Source: Octopus vulgaris
Taxonomy: Eukaryota
Reading direction: 5' to 3'
NCBI GenBank assembly: GCA_951406725.2
Contig: OX597820.1
Span: forward strand, 65,658,001-65,722,000
Length of the DNA stretch: 64,000 nucleotides
Part shown: piece by piece, positions 1-14,491 of the stretch
Layout: the number at the start of each line of letters is the position of its first letter
Position numbering within the stretch: position 1 is the first letter of the stretch
Translations under genes and position numbers: made by a program
Notes under the pieces: model-generated
Databases searched by the model: none
Told to the model about the DNA's origin: nothing
What the model saw: only the letters and a program-made list of their open reading frames with translations

Positions 1-372
1 AAACAGAGAGGCACAGAAAAGAGAGAGAGAGAGAGAGTGGAGGAGATACATCGTAGAAAATACACATCGGTCATACGTAAATTCATATCTAAATAATAAA
101 ATTCTTGCACACATACAAACATATGTAAATATAAGGAGACACAGACATAAGTATATATAGAAGCCTTGAAACACACATATACATGCGCCCGCGCTCGTAC
201 ACGCATACACCATCCAACACATACACATATGCATAAGGCATACACATATATATGCATACATGCCCAGACACACACGCACACACTATCATCTAGACACTCT
301 GAAGATGTGTGTGGAAATTTTACAGAGTCATTTTCTGCTGCTACTGATGCTGCTGCTGCAGACGGCAAATAT

Positions 373-825
<453 letters not shown>

Positions 826-1123
826 ATAGAACTAATAAAAACGTCGTATATTTGGCTATTTGATTGAACGCCCATGAGTTAATTCATTTAGAATAATTTC
901 ATATATATAGAAGTAATCTTTAGGACAGCTATATTCAATAACGTTAATGAGATAATTCATTAAATTATTAATTAATTGCTTGCACAAGGGTGTTAACCGG
1001 ACACTTTCATTTACTAAAAGATAGAGCGACATCTATGTCCTATCAATATCTTGCTAAATACATAATAGCACACACACACACACACACATACACACACATA
1101 CACACATGTACACACGCTTTACA

Positions 1124-1830
1124 CGTAAGAATCAAAAGTTTTATTGAACCAATAAGGGAGCGTCTATGTATAATTTGTTGCCAACCTTTTCAGTTCAAAC
1201 TTACTTAAACTTAAGTGCCCCCACGTCTAACAGAACCGTTGAGTAGCCGCCCTCATTGCATCGTACCATCGTAAGTTTACCAGCTGTAGGTCCATCCAGC
1301 GGCGTATTTTGTGCCGCTGCTCCTAAGGTTTACACTTTTTCAAATTTACATTTTAAATTCTCAAATTTACATTTTAAATTTTCTCAAATTTTACATTTTA
1401 AATCTTTTACGTATCTTGAGGTTTAACGAAGGAGCATTCTAAACTGAAACTCAACTTCTTGCATTTAGGAGAGAGACTCTAAATGGAGCTGTCACTGTTG
1501 ACTGGTAGCCGAGGTCTACGGAATGTAGTGTGGGTCACCTTCACTCAGGGAGACCTGGGGGTTGTTCGTCTTGAGTCTCCTCCGCCTTAGCCGTTGGCCG
1601 TAGCTGCAGCTTCTCCATCCGCCTTAGTGGTTCTGTGTTAAAAGCACCCTCTTGTATGCTTTAGCTTGCAAGTTCAGATGATGCTTCAGTGCGTGACACT
1701 TGGAACGATCACATGAGAGATTTAAGGCGTATGAGCTTGTGATCCCTGTCCAGCCTACCTTTCAAGCGACCGTGTGCTAGATACCAAAGCACTCAGCTTT
1801 TCTCAACAAAGGACCATTTTTATTCTCCTA
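1124..1830 (-). mobile_element. Unclassified GC-richer block, possible solo LTR
   Basis: Abrupt composition change, minus-strand AATAAA near the end (...AATAAAACTTTTGATTCTTACG) and an internal 3x TCAAATTTACATTTTAAAT repeat at 1340-1403. Confidence 0.3.
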
Positions 1831-2305
1831 TGAATCCTCTCTCTCCATCTATCTTTGTAATATCTGTCTGTCATTACTCAAAAGCTTAATTTTAGTAACT
1901 GAAAATCTATATTATCAATTTTAGCAACTGTTAACAAAATTCTTCCCTTTTATCTCTTATCTAAAAGCTATGTATATATAACCAAATGCGAAACTAAATA
2001 AACAATTTTGTATTACACAAAGCACTTGTTTAATGAGATGACTGATGCTTCTTTGATAATATCATATTCTGGATTTCAGGTCCGATGAAAGAGAGATTTA
2101 AGCGTAGATCATGTTTTAAAAAGCGTGAAACGAATATTTACCATTTCTGCAGATTTGAAAATAACTTATTTTTGTTGTATCTCGATAGAGTCATTATGTC
2201 AATATTAAACAAATGCATTGGTTCTATTTAATTTTTTTTATTTGTTAATTGATTAACTATTTACCCAGTTAATAAATCAAATATTTGATTATATCGTTCG
2301 AACAA

Positions 2306-2384
2306 TCAATCATTCAGACTTGTCAAAGTCCTTTCGTCGCCATTCACGACATCATCAATGAAACCCATTTCGAAATCAGGTCTG
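2306..2384 (-). CDS. Candidate terminal exon (R)PDFEMGFIDDVVNGDERTLTSLND*
   Basis: Long polypyrimidine tract TTTGTCTTTGTTGTTTTCTTTGCGTTTCCTG followed by tandem AAG/CAG acceptors. Phase-2 entry matches the LNIHHPTSLSRR frame of 25777-25816. Confidence 0.3.
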
Positions 2385-2787
2385 CTTCAGGAAACGCAAA
2401 GAAAACAACAAAGACAAACCTAACTGATTGACTGATTGACCGAACGATTAATCAAACGACCGAATAGCAAATTAGTTATAAAGGGAAAAAAAAATGCAAG
2501 GAAGTGAAATAGAGCCAGTGCGTGTTTAAATTGGCATAATACCACCTATTTCCTCCTGATACACGAATTATGTTTCAACACACAAGTTTACATCAAGAAA
2601 ATAACTTTGGAAATTGGAAAGTTTATCTTATCTGCTCTGTTATGTGTAAGTTACATTTGACAAACCCTGCACTTCCTTGAAATTTTGAATGACCTTTACT
2701 AGTTCCCAGTTGTACATTTGCTGGTCCTCAAGGGATCTGCGGGTTGGAATGCCTTTGATCATGTAGTTAACCCGGAGCAAAATTTGT

Positions 2788-2818
2788 TTGTAAAATTTCA
2801 ATTTTTTAACAAAAATAA

Positions 2819-2854
<36 letters not shown>

Positions 2855-3529
2855 CCCCTCCCCTCCCAACTCTATGGCCTTGGTCTTCAAGAAGGCTATC
2901 TACATGCTAGAAATAATAGCCAAATTTCACAAAACTGCGATAACATAATGAACACCTAAAACCCATTTTTTTTGCGTTTTAGTGGCCGGGCGCTGTCATG
3001 ACCCTTTTACTGTTTCACTATAACACATACAGAAACAGACAAAGCAACCGTTCATTTTCACTTTTAGACGGAGGGATGGCGAAGAGGAGGGAAATTTTGG
3101 GTCGGAGTTTTTCGTAACAAATTTGAAATTAAAATTTGAATTTGTGTTTATTTTTTCCATATTCTTAATCTCTGTATTTTCCCACGTTGATTGATTGATT
3201 GAAAAAAAAATTCGAAACGAGATGAAAAAAAATACACTTTAATTTCACGTGAATTACTTTGTCATAATACTGCGAGAAATTACTCTGAAAGAAATCTTTG
3301 CAGAAAGGTAGATTGATTAAAAATTTCTTTGATTATGTTACCGCAGTTTTGTGAGATTTGGTTGTCATTTCTAGCCTGTGAATAGCCTGCTTGAAGACCA
3401 AGGCCGTAGGATTGGGAGGGGAGGGGGTTGAGGTATATATACATATATATATATATATATGTATATATATTCATTTATTTATTTATCTATTTATGCATAT
3501 TTTTTTGTTCAAAAATTGAAATTTTACAA
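2788..3529. repeat. Inverted repeat, arms 2788-2949 and 3332-3529, spacer about 380 bp
   Basis: CCCCTCCCCTCCCAA..GGCCTTGGTCTTCAAG..CTAGAAAT..CACAAAACTGCG is present in both orientations, including the internal (TA)n. Confidence 0.9.
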
Positions 3530-3758
3530 TTTGTTTTCAGAATCGTAATCTTCGTATTTTCCTATGCATTTCGCAAAAAAAAAAAGCGAAAAATGAAGAG
3601 AGGGGTGGTGGGGGTTGGAACTGAAAGTTTTAAAATGCGGTTTTTGATTTTTTTTTTTCTCTGAATTGGATCTTCCATAACCAAAAACGTGGGATTATAC
3701 ATAACTACTTAAAGTAGTAATGTATAATTATATATGTATGTATATTTATATCTATCTA

Positions 3759-3819
<61 letters not shown>

Positions 3820-3893
3820 TCAAATGTGTGTGTATTTTGTTTATTTTAATTTTATATTGATATTTCTTATTATAACTTAATATTTGTACTTTA

Positions 3894-4000
3894 TAATCAC
3901 TGACGAAGCCTAGAGATATATACAAGTACCTCAATCCACTTGAGTAATATAGGTAGAATGAGGTATTCTTATCTATAGGCTGAAACAGCTGTAAGTTATT
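3894..4000 (+). ncRNA. Hammerhead-like motif with extended stem II
   Basis: CTGACGA (3900-3906), long stem II AGCCTAGAGATA...GTACCTCA/TGAGGTAT...TATCTATAGGCT, then GAAAC-AGCT-GTA. Stem I is imperfect. Confidence 0.6.
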
Positions 4001-4208
4001 TTACCAATATATATCCATGTTTTTTTATAATCATTACTGGTATCCTTATATATTAATATATTTTATATCTTGTATCTTATATGTAAAGATTAATATGCTA
4101 TATGTATGTATGTTATTATAATTATCAGTTTAATAAATAAATAAGTTAACATTTTAATGTCCAAAAGTTGATGAACCACCAATTGTTCTCCTCCATTTTC
4201 TTAGTTGA

Positions 4209-4244
<36 letters not shown>

Positions 4245-4309
4245 TGTATATATGTATGTAGGTATGTATATATATATATGTATATATATATATACATATA
4301 TATGTATGC

Positions 4310-4520
4310 CTTTGTGTGTCTGTGTTTGTACCCTCATCATCGCTTGACAATTGATGTTGGTGTGTTTACGTCCCGTAACTTAGCGGTTCGGCAAAACTGA
4401 CCGATAGAATAAGTATTAGGCTTACAAAGAATAAGTCCTGGGATCGATTTGTTCGACTAAAGGCGATGCTTCAGCATGGCCTATATTCGGGTGGGTGAAA
4501 CAAGTAAAAGAATATGTATA
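4310..4520 (+). mobile_element. SINE family A, 3' half
   Basis: Matches 5365-5555. Confidence 0.85.
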
Positions 4521-4567
4521 TATATAGAATAATAAAAGAATATGTATATATATAGAATAATAAAATA

Positions 4568-4615
<48 letters not shown>

Positions 4616-5150
4616 GGTGGTTTTCCATCGGTTGCGACGACGAGTGTTCCAGTTGATCCGATCAACGGAACAGCTTGCTCGTGAAATTAGCGTGCAAGTG
4701 GCTGTGCACTCAACAGTCACGTGTACCTTTAATGTAGGGAGATTCAGCGTGACGCAGATTGTGACAAGGCTGGCCCTTTGAAACACAGGTACATCAGAAA
4801 CAGGAAGAAACAATGAGGGAAAGTTGTGGTGAAAGATTACAGCAGGGTTCGCCACCACCACCTACCGGAGCTGGAACCCTCGTTGTCATAACTGACGGAG
4901 TACCACAGTATGTATACCTATTGTTAATAGTGGTTAGCATGCATAAATAAGAGTCATAAGATATAGCATATTTTTAAAAAATATAAGGGTGTATAAAATA
5001 CTTTTATACACGTTCTAGTGTTATAACAGTGTGCCTCATGAATTCTTGTATTCGTGGTTTGGGTTTTAACTGCCCTTTTTAGCATGCCAAGGGCCTCGTT
5101 GCTGTGTTTTTTAATACACTCTTATATATATATATATATATATATATATA

Positions 5151-5570
5151 GGCGTAGGAGTGGTTGTGTGATAAGTAGTTTGCTTACCAATCACATTGTT
5201 CAGGGTCCAGTCCCACTGTGTGGCACCTTGGACAAGTGTCTTTTACTATAGTCTCGAGTCGACCAAAGTCTTTGTGAGTGGATTTGGTGGACGGAAACTG
5301 AAAGAAACCCGTCGTATATATGCATATATATATATATGCATGTGTGTGTATATATTTGTATATCTGTGTTTGTCCCCCCAACATCACTTGACACCGCTAC
5401 TAGTGTGTTTACGTCCCCGTAACTTAGCGGTTCGGCAAAAGAGACCGATAGAATAAGTACTAGGCTTACAAAGAATAAATCCTGGGGTCGATTTGCTCGA
5501 CTAAAGGCAGTGCTCCAGCATGGCCACAGTCAAATGACTGAAATAAGTAAAAGAATAAAGAGTAAAGAGC
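5151..5570 (+). mobile_element. Full-length octopus-type tRNA SINE (family A) with internal microsatellite
   Basis: Head GGCGTAGGAGTGGTTGTGTG, CORE-like CCTTGGACAAGT and CR1-like tail GCTCCAGCATGGCC...GAAATAAGTAAAAGA. Many copies in the window. Confidence 0.9.
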
Positions 5571-5573
5571 AGA

Positions 5574-5649
<76 letters not shown>

Positions 5650-6177
5650 ATATATATATATATATATATACACGAATACACATCTTAAAAATATATAGAC
5701 ACGATCATTTTTGAAAGATATATATGTATACATATGTGTGTGTGTATATACAAACAGATGTGTGAATGTGTTTGTATGTTTTTGCCAGAGTGTAATTTTA
5801 TGTGCGTGCGTCTTTACGTCAAAAGGTATAATTACGTATGTATAAATTATATTCATACAGTCGCTGGTAAAGGGGAAGATGTGTTAAACAGTGGAACAAA
5901 CTCTTCGTCATGCAAAGGTGCGTCTATTTTCCCAAATGCGCAACGTTGAGAAAATATTAAACAGATGCGGCGAAGGAAAATGCTGGTACTTACAATGTAT
6001 ATTCCCTGATAGAGTATGAGCCTTTGCGTATATAAATATTTACATATGTCCATAAAGGAACATACAGGTTCTCTCTCTTATTCTTTCTTCCTTTCACACG
6101 CACACAATCTATATCACACCCTCTCTCTCCCTCTTTCTCATATACATCCGCACAAATGTACATCTAAGTGTGTGTGC

Positions 6178-6258
<81 letters not shown>

Positions 6259-6417
6259 GAAACGTGTGTTTATGAGTTGTGTATATATTTGTGGGCGTAC
6301 GTGAACGTATGTAGTAGACGGAAATAGAATATTAATTGATAAAACCGAACGCTCCGACCAGACTGGAGGGTTGAAGGTGAATAAAGTTGTAACCCCATTA
6401 TATATACATATACATGT

Positions 6418-6511
<94 letters not shown>

Positions 6512-7272
6512 GTATGTATGTATTATGTGTGTTTGTATATATATATATATTCATACATATCTTTATATATACACACAGATGGGGTTTCGTATTTTCTTTG
6601 TAATAATTCTATATGCTTATACACCCACATGGTGTACCGTTGCCACAGGTAGGTTAAACCAGTCTAATGTTATTATTAAATACCATTCCCCTCTAATAAA
6701 GTCATCAAGGAAATGATTTGATTGACATCAAAGGACCTCAGGGGAATATATACGCCCAGGTGTACGTCGTTATATATACATATATACATATACGTAGCCA
6801 TGCATATATAAATTCGTGTATTTGTTATATATGTGCATGCGTGTGTATAAATAGGTTCTATGAATGAGTGTATCATTCAGTCTTTATATTATTACGTCTC
6901 TCAAAACCGGTCTTGCTGTTTATGTAGCATCACTTTATGATACGATACGTTACTTAGCAGCTCGACAAATTCAATAAGACGGAATAAAGCCCCTTGCACT
7001 ACCGTAGTCGAATGATTCAAGCTAGTAATAGAATTTAACCCCATGCACACACACACACACACACGCACTCAAAGCATCCCCTAGAATCCATAAGCACATA
7101 TAAAACATCCAAGGATATATTTTTCTCCCTAAAGAGATTATGCTCAGATCAAATAAATATAAATTTAATATTTACTTAATATTTACAGAGTATTAATTGA
7201 AACAGCTGTAAGTGAAGATGATTAATTTGCTGTTAATAATAAACAATCTCCTTTTTCTTTTTCTTCTATTTG

Positions 7273-7329
<57 letters not shown>

Positions 7330-7360
7330 TGTGTGTGTATAGAGAGAGAGAGAGAGAGAT

Positions 7361-7750
7361 GCATACGTACATACATACATAGATACACGTACATACATAC
7401 ATACATACATACATACATGAATGCATGCATACATACATGCATACATAGACACACATACATACATACATACATACATACATAGTCACACAGACATATATGC
7501 TTACATAGACACACATACATACAGACATACATACATAGACACACATACATACATACATACATAGACACACACACATACATACATACATATATACATACAT
7601 ACATAGACATACATACATACATACATATATACATACATACATACATACACACATACATAGACATACATAGACATACATACATACATACATACATACATAC
7701 ATACATACATACATACATACATACATAGACACAGACATATATACATACGT
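7361..7750. repeat. (ACAT)n-based degenerate microsatellite (others at 12000-12266, 59800-60480)
   Basis: Directly visible. Confidence 0.95.
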
Positions 7751-8194
7751 ACGTATTTGTTATATTTATGTCAGTAACATTTTCTACTCCGTTGAATAGC
7801 TAAATAGAACATTGCCCTTTCCTCCAGGCGCAGCTAGTAAAACAAAATTGCTATAGACGATTTCATATACCAATTGCTTTGCTGCAAGATGGTTCACATT
7901 CATTAATTCACAACTCTATTTTTATTTATTTATTCGTCCATTTACCTACATATTTATTTACCTAGAGAAGGAGAGAGAGAGAGGCAGAAAGTGACGTAGA
8001 GAGACAAAGAGTGACATAGAGAGAGTGACTGTGAAGAAGGGAGGAATTTCTTTATGCGATAATATTGTGTAGCCTTCTCTCTGTTACTCTTATACACAGT
8101 TTCTGTTGATCACGATTCATCTAACGGCATTTTCTGTGAAATTAATACTTAGTTTATTGAAATTAGCTCTCCTTCACTTTGAGAGTCTATAAAA

Positions 8195-8690
8195 TTAGAT
8201 CACTTACTTAAGTATCATCCTCCCTCTGGAGCAGAACCCATCGACAATTTTCTCCTATGTTCTTGATTGTGGGCTGTCTCTACTGTATCTCTCTAGATCG
8301 ATCCCTATTTTTTCAACTCTACCTTAGTATCCCGCCTCCAGTTATTTTATGACATCCTCTCATTTGCCTCCGTGAAGTTTCGGTAGGAAATGCAGGATAT
8401 TTGGTTCCTTTCGGATTTTGTTGCACTGCATCATGTTTCCCTTTCCTGTTTCAGGCCTTGTGGATTTAAGATCGCCATCGATGATTCAGTAACTTAGCTA
8501 TTCTTCTTGGTGGCGATGTTTCTCCTATACAAGCCCATATTTATTTCTGTGAAGAATGTTTCCATAGCCTGATGTCTATCCCTTCATCCATCCAGCATAA
8601 GGGCCCCTACCAGAAGCTTGCGCACCGCTACCATAGCATTTGGGATCATTGAAACCCACAGGCCACTACACCATGAGGACAAGGAGCTTG
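8195..8690 (-). mobile_element. Internally deleted RTE-clade LINE remnant (5' UTR-like piece joined to ORF 3' end)
   Basis: Minus strand starts CCTTGTC..ATGGTG..CAATGATCCC, resembling RTE 5' ends. It ends with decayed WRRDTKVELKK...VDGFCSRGR RTE C-terminal coding. Confidence 0.55.
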
Positions 8691-9288
8691 TCGCGAAAAA
8701 TCTGACAGGCCTAATCGTGTTCACTTTCTTTTTCCAATTGTGAGTAAAATTCCAATTCACGGAGAATTTCTACCGTATGTTATTCACTACTTCACCACCA
8801 ACTCCAATTTTCTTCTTTCACACGATTATTCAATCTTCATACATTTTAAACTTTTTTATCATCCATATAAATTTCGTTTATTTTATTTCATTTTATTTCA
8901 TTTTATTGTGTCGTTTCCTCTGTCGTCTGTTCTTTTCATATTCCGGCATTATGTTCTTTGTCTTCATATTCTTACTGCTGTGTATTTCATAGTAATGGTA
9001 TTCAGATGAATTCTTTGAATATTTTGAATGTTTTGAAATCACTTTCATTATAAAACTTAGCATTACTGTTCAATGTTCATTTCTTAGATGAGGATCTGAT
9101 TTGTGAAGCTTGTAGTTGTAATATGAGACCTTTCTGTTTCATTGAAAAAAAACAAAACAAATACGTTAAACATTATAAATTCTATGGAGTATGTCATCTG
9201 CTTTGTAAACACGAGCGTTTTACTTCATTATACATAGAAATATAAACACATACACATACATACATATATGTATATATATGAACTCAGG

Positions 9289-9335
<47 letters not shown>

Positions 9336-9649
9336 ATATAATTTCACACACACACATGTCTCTCTCTCTCTCTCACTCTCTCTCTCTCTATATATATATA
9401 TATACATATATATTTACATATATATATATATACAATATATGTATTTATGTATGTACGTACGTATACAATAGAAAAATATAATTCTCAATACGTTAGAGAA
9501 TTATTAATATTTTATACACAACACGTTGAAAATAAGACACCATATAAAATTATATATATGACAGTAATGTTTCCTTGAGGAACTGGGACCATTTCTATCG
9601 ATAGTGGCTCTCTCAGACATGCCCTTAGTCGCAGAGTTAGCCACTCCCA

Positions 9650-10490
9650 CCAGCTACAACAGAATGACCTGCGTGCAATATACAATTGGGCTGACGAAAA
9701 TGGTATATAGTTCAATGCTGAGAAGTTTCAAGCACTCCACTATCGACTCTCAAACTGATTACAATTGGAATACACAGGACCAGTGGGTAATGCTATCCCA
9801 GTGTTAGAATCGGTGCGTGACATGGGAATCCGCATGAGAAATGATGAAACGTTCCATGTGCATATTACCAAGATAGCAACGTTGTGCAGGCGAGTAGCTG
9901 GATGGATTATTAGATAATTTAGGATCAGAAGGATTGATATTTATTTATTCCAGTGAAGAACTTTTGTCCTCAGTCGTCAGGATTACTGCTCCTAACTGTG
10001 GTCACCGCAAAGCGTGGCACTGGTGGCAAGACTTGAGAAGAAGATTGACTCAGTGAAACAGATAAGCAACTTGGAAGAGACTAAAAGAACTGAAATTCTA
10101 TGCCCTAAAGGGAAGGTAGTGATATACATTGGAAGACTCTGGAAACTCTAGCTCCCAACTTTGGAATTAAAAGTTATATTAGCCACCGAATAAGGACACA
10201 GTACTGCAATAGCTTGGGTTTCAGGGAACCACAACTGTTGAAAACCATGCGGAACATCCTCAGAGTTTTGCGAGGTGTAGATGTGGCGATTTTTACAAGA
10301 AACATCTGGACAAATCTCTATGAGAAATCCCAGATTAACTTACATCGCGGCATATGGCACAAAGAAGAGCGGTTCCGGCCAACTTCTTTCTTCACCAAAA
10401 GCAGTACAGAAAGGAGACCTGAATACATTGAAAGCAGTGCTCCAGCATAGCCCTAGCCCTAAGATTAAACCAGTAAAATATAAAACATAT
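9650..10490 (+). mobile_element. Decayed CR1-group LINE, RT C-terminal part and 3' tail
   Basis: LQQNDLRAIYNWADENGI*FNAEKFQALHY ... VRDMGI ... DYCS*LWSP with stops and frameshifts, ending in a GCAGTGCTCCAGCATAGCC tail. Confidence 0.85.
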
Positions 10491-11314
10491 ACATACATGC
10501 AATCATACATACAAGTGTGTGTGTGTGTGAGTGTCAGTGTCTGTGTCTATGCATGTGCGTGTGTGCATGTGTATGTGTGCTTGTATGTATGTTTAAATAA
10601 CTTCAGTGTCTCTACATACTTGCTTAACTCACTTAGAAACAGCAGTCAATCATCCAGCAAAACAAAAGCACGAACACTAAAATAAGGGTATTCGTTAAAT
10701 AATATAGGGGACACTAAGAAAGGGAGGATATGCTTGAATGAAACGCTTTTCATCAAAGGCCAGCGCGATAAAGATTGACCTAGTACGAAACAACAACAGC
10801 AACGAACACCAAGAAATACTCTGTCTGAAGGTGTGGTGTGCGTGGGTGTATGTATGTGTGTGTGACCGTATGACAGTCGAAGCGAAAACTGAGGAAGTTA
10901 TACGACAAGGAAAATTCCTCTCTTGCGTGAATGAATTTATATGTCACTTGGTTAGAAGCCCGATATAGCTGGTTTTTGAATACTATTAACATAAGAGCCG
11001 GTTTCCATGGCGTATAAATTGCCCACCTGAACGGTGGGCAATTTTCCCACTAGAGTTCTGGACCCCAGTAATGAACTCATTTGCATACAGCCACTCAGAT
11101 CTTACCTTGAAAATTCACATACTCTGTACTACTACGGTACAGCCAGTCAGGCATAAAATGATGTATGCCACTCTATGAGTACAGCATAGCAGGTCTCACA
11201 TAAGCACCGCATTCTCCACGACAATATATATATAGTTAATCCAAATATCAAAACACAACAACGCGAGGACCTGGAACAAGTATAGTATTATTGGACGCTC
11301 AGGAAAGAAGGAGA

Positions 11315-11349
11315 GATTAACGTTTCGAGCGGAGCTCTTCGTCAGAAAC
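11315..11349 (-). ncRNA. Minimal hammerhead motif (Penelope-type) in a short repeat fragment
   Basis: Minus strand GTTT-CTGACGA-A-GAGC(TCC)GCTC-GAAAC-GTT-AATC. Confidence 0.7.
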
Positions 11350-12237
11350 ATAGGAAAAGGAAAGATCCAAAGAAGGGAAGATGGAGGGAAAAAATCGCCA
11401 ACAGTACACACGCGGTCACATTTTCAATATTACGACGAGCTTCCTTCAGTATCCCTCAACCAAATCCACTGACAAAACTTTGGTCGTCTCGAGGCTATAG
11501 TAGAAGACACTTGCACAAGGTGACACACAGTGGTTGGTAAGCAAGCTACTTACCACACAGCCGCTCCTGCGCCTTAAATTTCACATTTGACACCACTATT
11601 AACTCATTTAGAATAGTTAGATTTTACTATAATGCACATTTTCCACTGAACTCAACCAGACTATTTTTGTGATTAGGTGGACCCTAGTTTGATTGGTTAT
11701 ATGCAAATGAATTCATAACTGGGGGCCGTAACTCTTGTTGGAAAACAGATTGTGGACGGGACGCCAGATTACACATTTTTGCCGGCTGAGTGGACTGGAG
11801 CAATGTGAAACGAAGTGTTTTACACAACGCGTCGCCCGCTCCAGGAATCGAAACAACATCATTACGAACATGAGCACAATACTCTAACCACTAAGCCACG
11901 CACCTCCGTATGCATACACTTGGCTCAGGAGCTGCTCTGATTCTGGGATGATATCTTCATTTGCTTTCCCAATTAGACGATAATACATCCAAACACAGAA
12001 ACACACACATGCATGCATACATACATACATGCATAGATACATACATACATACATACATACATACATACATACATAAATACATACATGCATGCATGCATGC
12101 ATGCATAAATGCATACATACATACATACATACATACATACATACATAAATACATACATACATACATGCATACATGCATGCATGCATGCATACATGCATAC
12201 ATACATACATACATACATACATACATACATACATACA

Positions 12238-12269
<32 letters not shown>

Positions 12270-12690
12270 GGGGCAGCCGTGGCTGTATGGTGAATAGTTT
12301 GCTTCCCAACTACATGGTTCCAGGTTCAATCCCACTGCGTCTCGGGTGAGTGCATTCTACGTTAGCCTCGGGCCGACCAAAGCCTTGTGAGTGGATTTGG
12401 TAGACGGAGACTGGAAGAAGCCCGTTGTATATGTATGTGTGTGAGAAAGAAAGAGAAAGGGAGAGACAGACAGACAGACAGACTGACAGAAAGGAAGTTT
12501 GTATCTGTGTTTCATAACCGGTGTTGGGTGTGTTTATGTCCCCCTGTGTAACTTAGCCGTTCAACAAAAAGGAAGAAATAAGTACCTGGCCTCAAAGAAA
12601 ACATCCTTGGCTCGATTTTGTTCGAGTAAGTCCCCTCATGGTGGTGCCCCAGCATGGCCACAGTCTAATGACCGAAATGAATAAAATATA
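12270..12690 (+). mobile_element. SINE family A
   Basis: Colinear with 5151-5570. Confidence 0.85.
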
Positions 12691-12705
12691 GAAGATGAAT
12701 TTATA

Positions 12706-12795
<90 letters not shown>

Positions 12796-13412
12796 CACAC
12801 ACATATATATATATATGTATATACACACACACATATATATATATGCGCACACATACATATATACAGACATCTCAAAGTTATATAGACACTTCTCCCTTCT
12901 TGCTACTATATACATATATACACACAGGAATGTTTACACGCCCATACATATACATGTTTATACAGAGATGTGTGTGTATGCGTTGGCAAAGGTAAGTTTG
13001 TATGTAGGCATGTAATACGTATGTACGTTCTTGTTTTGTTGTGAGTTTTTTATGTGCTTCGTTTCAAAAGACGTGGTACTTTCAGGTTTGTTCAGTATAC
13101 GTGACCCTTTTTTTTATTCTTTTTACAAGAATAATATTCAATAGACATCGTCTATTGCACTCTGGTCACCAACATAAACATTGGTAAAAGCGTAAAGTTA
13201 GGTGGAGAATAATTTTCAATAATAGAGTAAGAGAGCAAGATGGAGGAGGTATATAAAGGAGGATTAATACTTAGAGTGAGTGGAAGTAATACACATTTGT
13301 ATTAAGAGCATGCGTCAATCTATAAATGCGTCAATCTATTTGCTTATCTCTCTCTCTCTATCTATCTACCCATCTATCTATCATTCTTTCTATTTACATT
13401 TATCTACTTATT

Positions 13413-13458
<46 letters not shown>

Positions 13459-13999
13459 CACGTACGTATATGTGTATGTGTGTGTCTGCATATACATATG
13501 TATATAAACAGAAGGTTAGGCCGTACCAAAAGTGAGTGTGCATGTGTGTTTGTTTGTGTGTGTGTGAGTGTGCGTGTATGTGTGTGTATGTGTGTGTGTG
13601 TATGTGTGTGTGTGTGTGTGTTTGTATGTGTGTGTGTATCCGTGCCTGTGTGTATTTATTTGAATACATGACCTCCATGGGATTACGCCCATCTCACCAC
13701 TTTCTGCATGTAGTATTAATTCCAGTATAGAAGAAATTATCCTGAAATTATGCGTACCCATATATAAATATGAGTGTGTGTGTGTGTGTGTGTGTGAATT
13801 TCGGAAATGTACCTCTGTAGCAAGTAATTTCAAGTTTGTTCAAACTAAACCAATTACAGCGTGGTATACACATATTAGCCATTCACAAGTTCACAACAAC
13901 TGTTAACGTCACTTAGACAATTTTTTTCGTCTCAAAATTTTCGTCACACTAACTGCTCCTTGATCACTAACACGGATCAACTGCCTACTGTGTTGTATA

Positions 14000-14360
14000 C
14001 AGGGGTTGGTCAAAATAGTGGACGCACCTTAAAATTTCAAACAAATTTATTTTTAAATGAGGTAGATTTTTACTGCAATCTAAACGCTACAAAGCGTTTG
14101 TTTTTGAAAGCAGTGTTTTTTCTGATTGCAGCCCTCCCGTGAAATCTGGCTTTGTGCAATTCCCGCCGAACAGTTTTTGTGGAAACTGGGATCTCGAGGT
14201 GGTCATTTGGCTCTGCAGTAATTTTGGGAGCAGTACTTTTGTGATCATTTCTAACAATTTGCGTAAGAGTCCTTATCTGAAACTTTTGGTTTTCTTCTCC
14301 AGTTTTGCTTCTACGAGGAAGTTTTTCCCTCTTTCTCAAAAGCTGTCATTAGTTTCGAGG
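14000..14360 (-). mobile_element. Internally deleted Tc1 transposon
   Basis: TA-CAGGGGTTGGTCAAAATAGTGG TIR at 14000. Minus-strand RTLTQIVRNDHKSTAPKITAE...VSTKTVRRELHKARFHGRAAIRK (Tc3-type HTH). No DDE region. Confidence 0.85.
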
Positions 14361-14398
14361 CAGTACTTCTTGATACAACAAACATATCGTTTAAATTC

Positions 14399-14490
<92 letters not shown>

Positions 14491-14491
<1 letters not shown>

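Noticed and set aside
1340-1403. CRISPR-like repeat array
   Set aside because: Three AT-rich tandem units without spacers in eukaryotic DNA.
13698-13741. 44-nt exon candidate DNFFYTGINTTCRK, and a 12-nt candidate near 5994-6005
   Set aside because: Poor polypyrimidine tracts. Such matches are expected by chance in AT-rich DNA.
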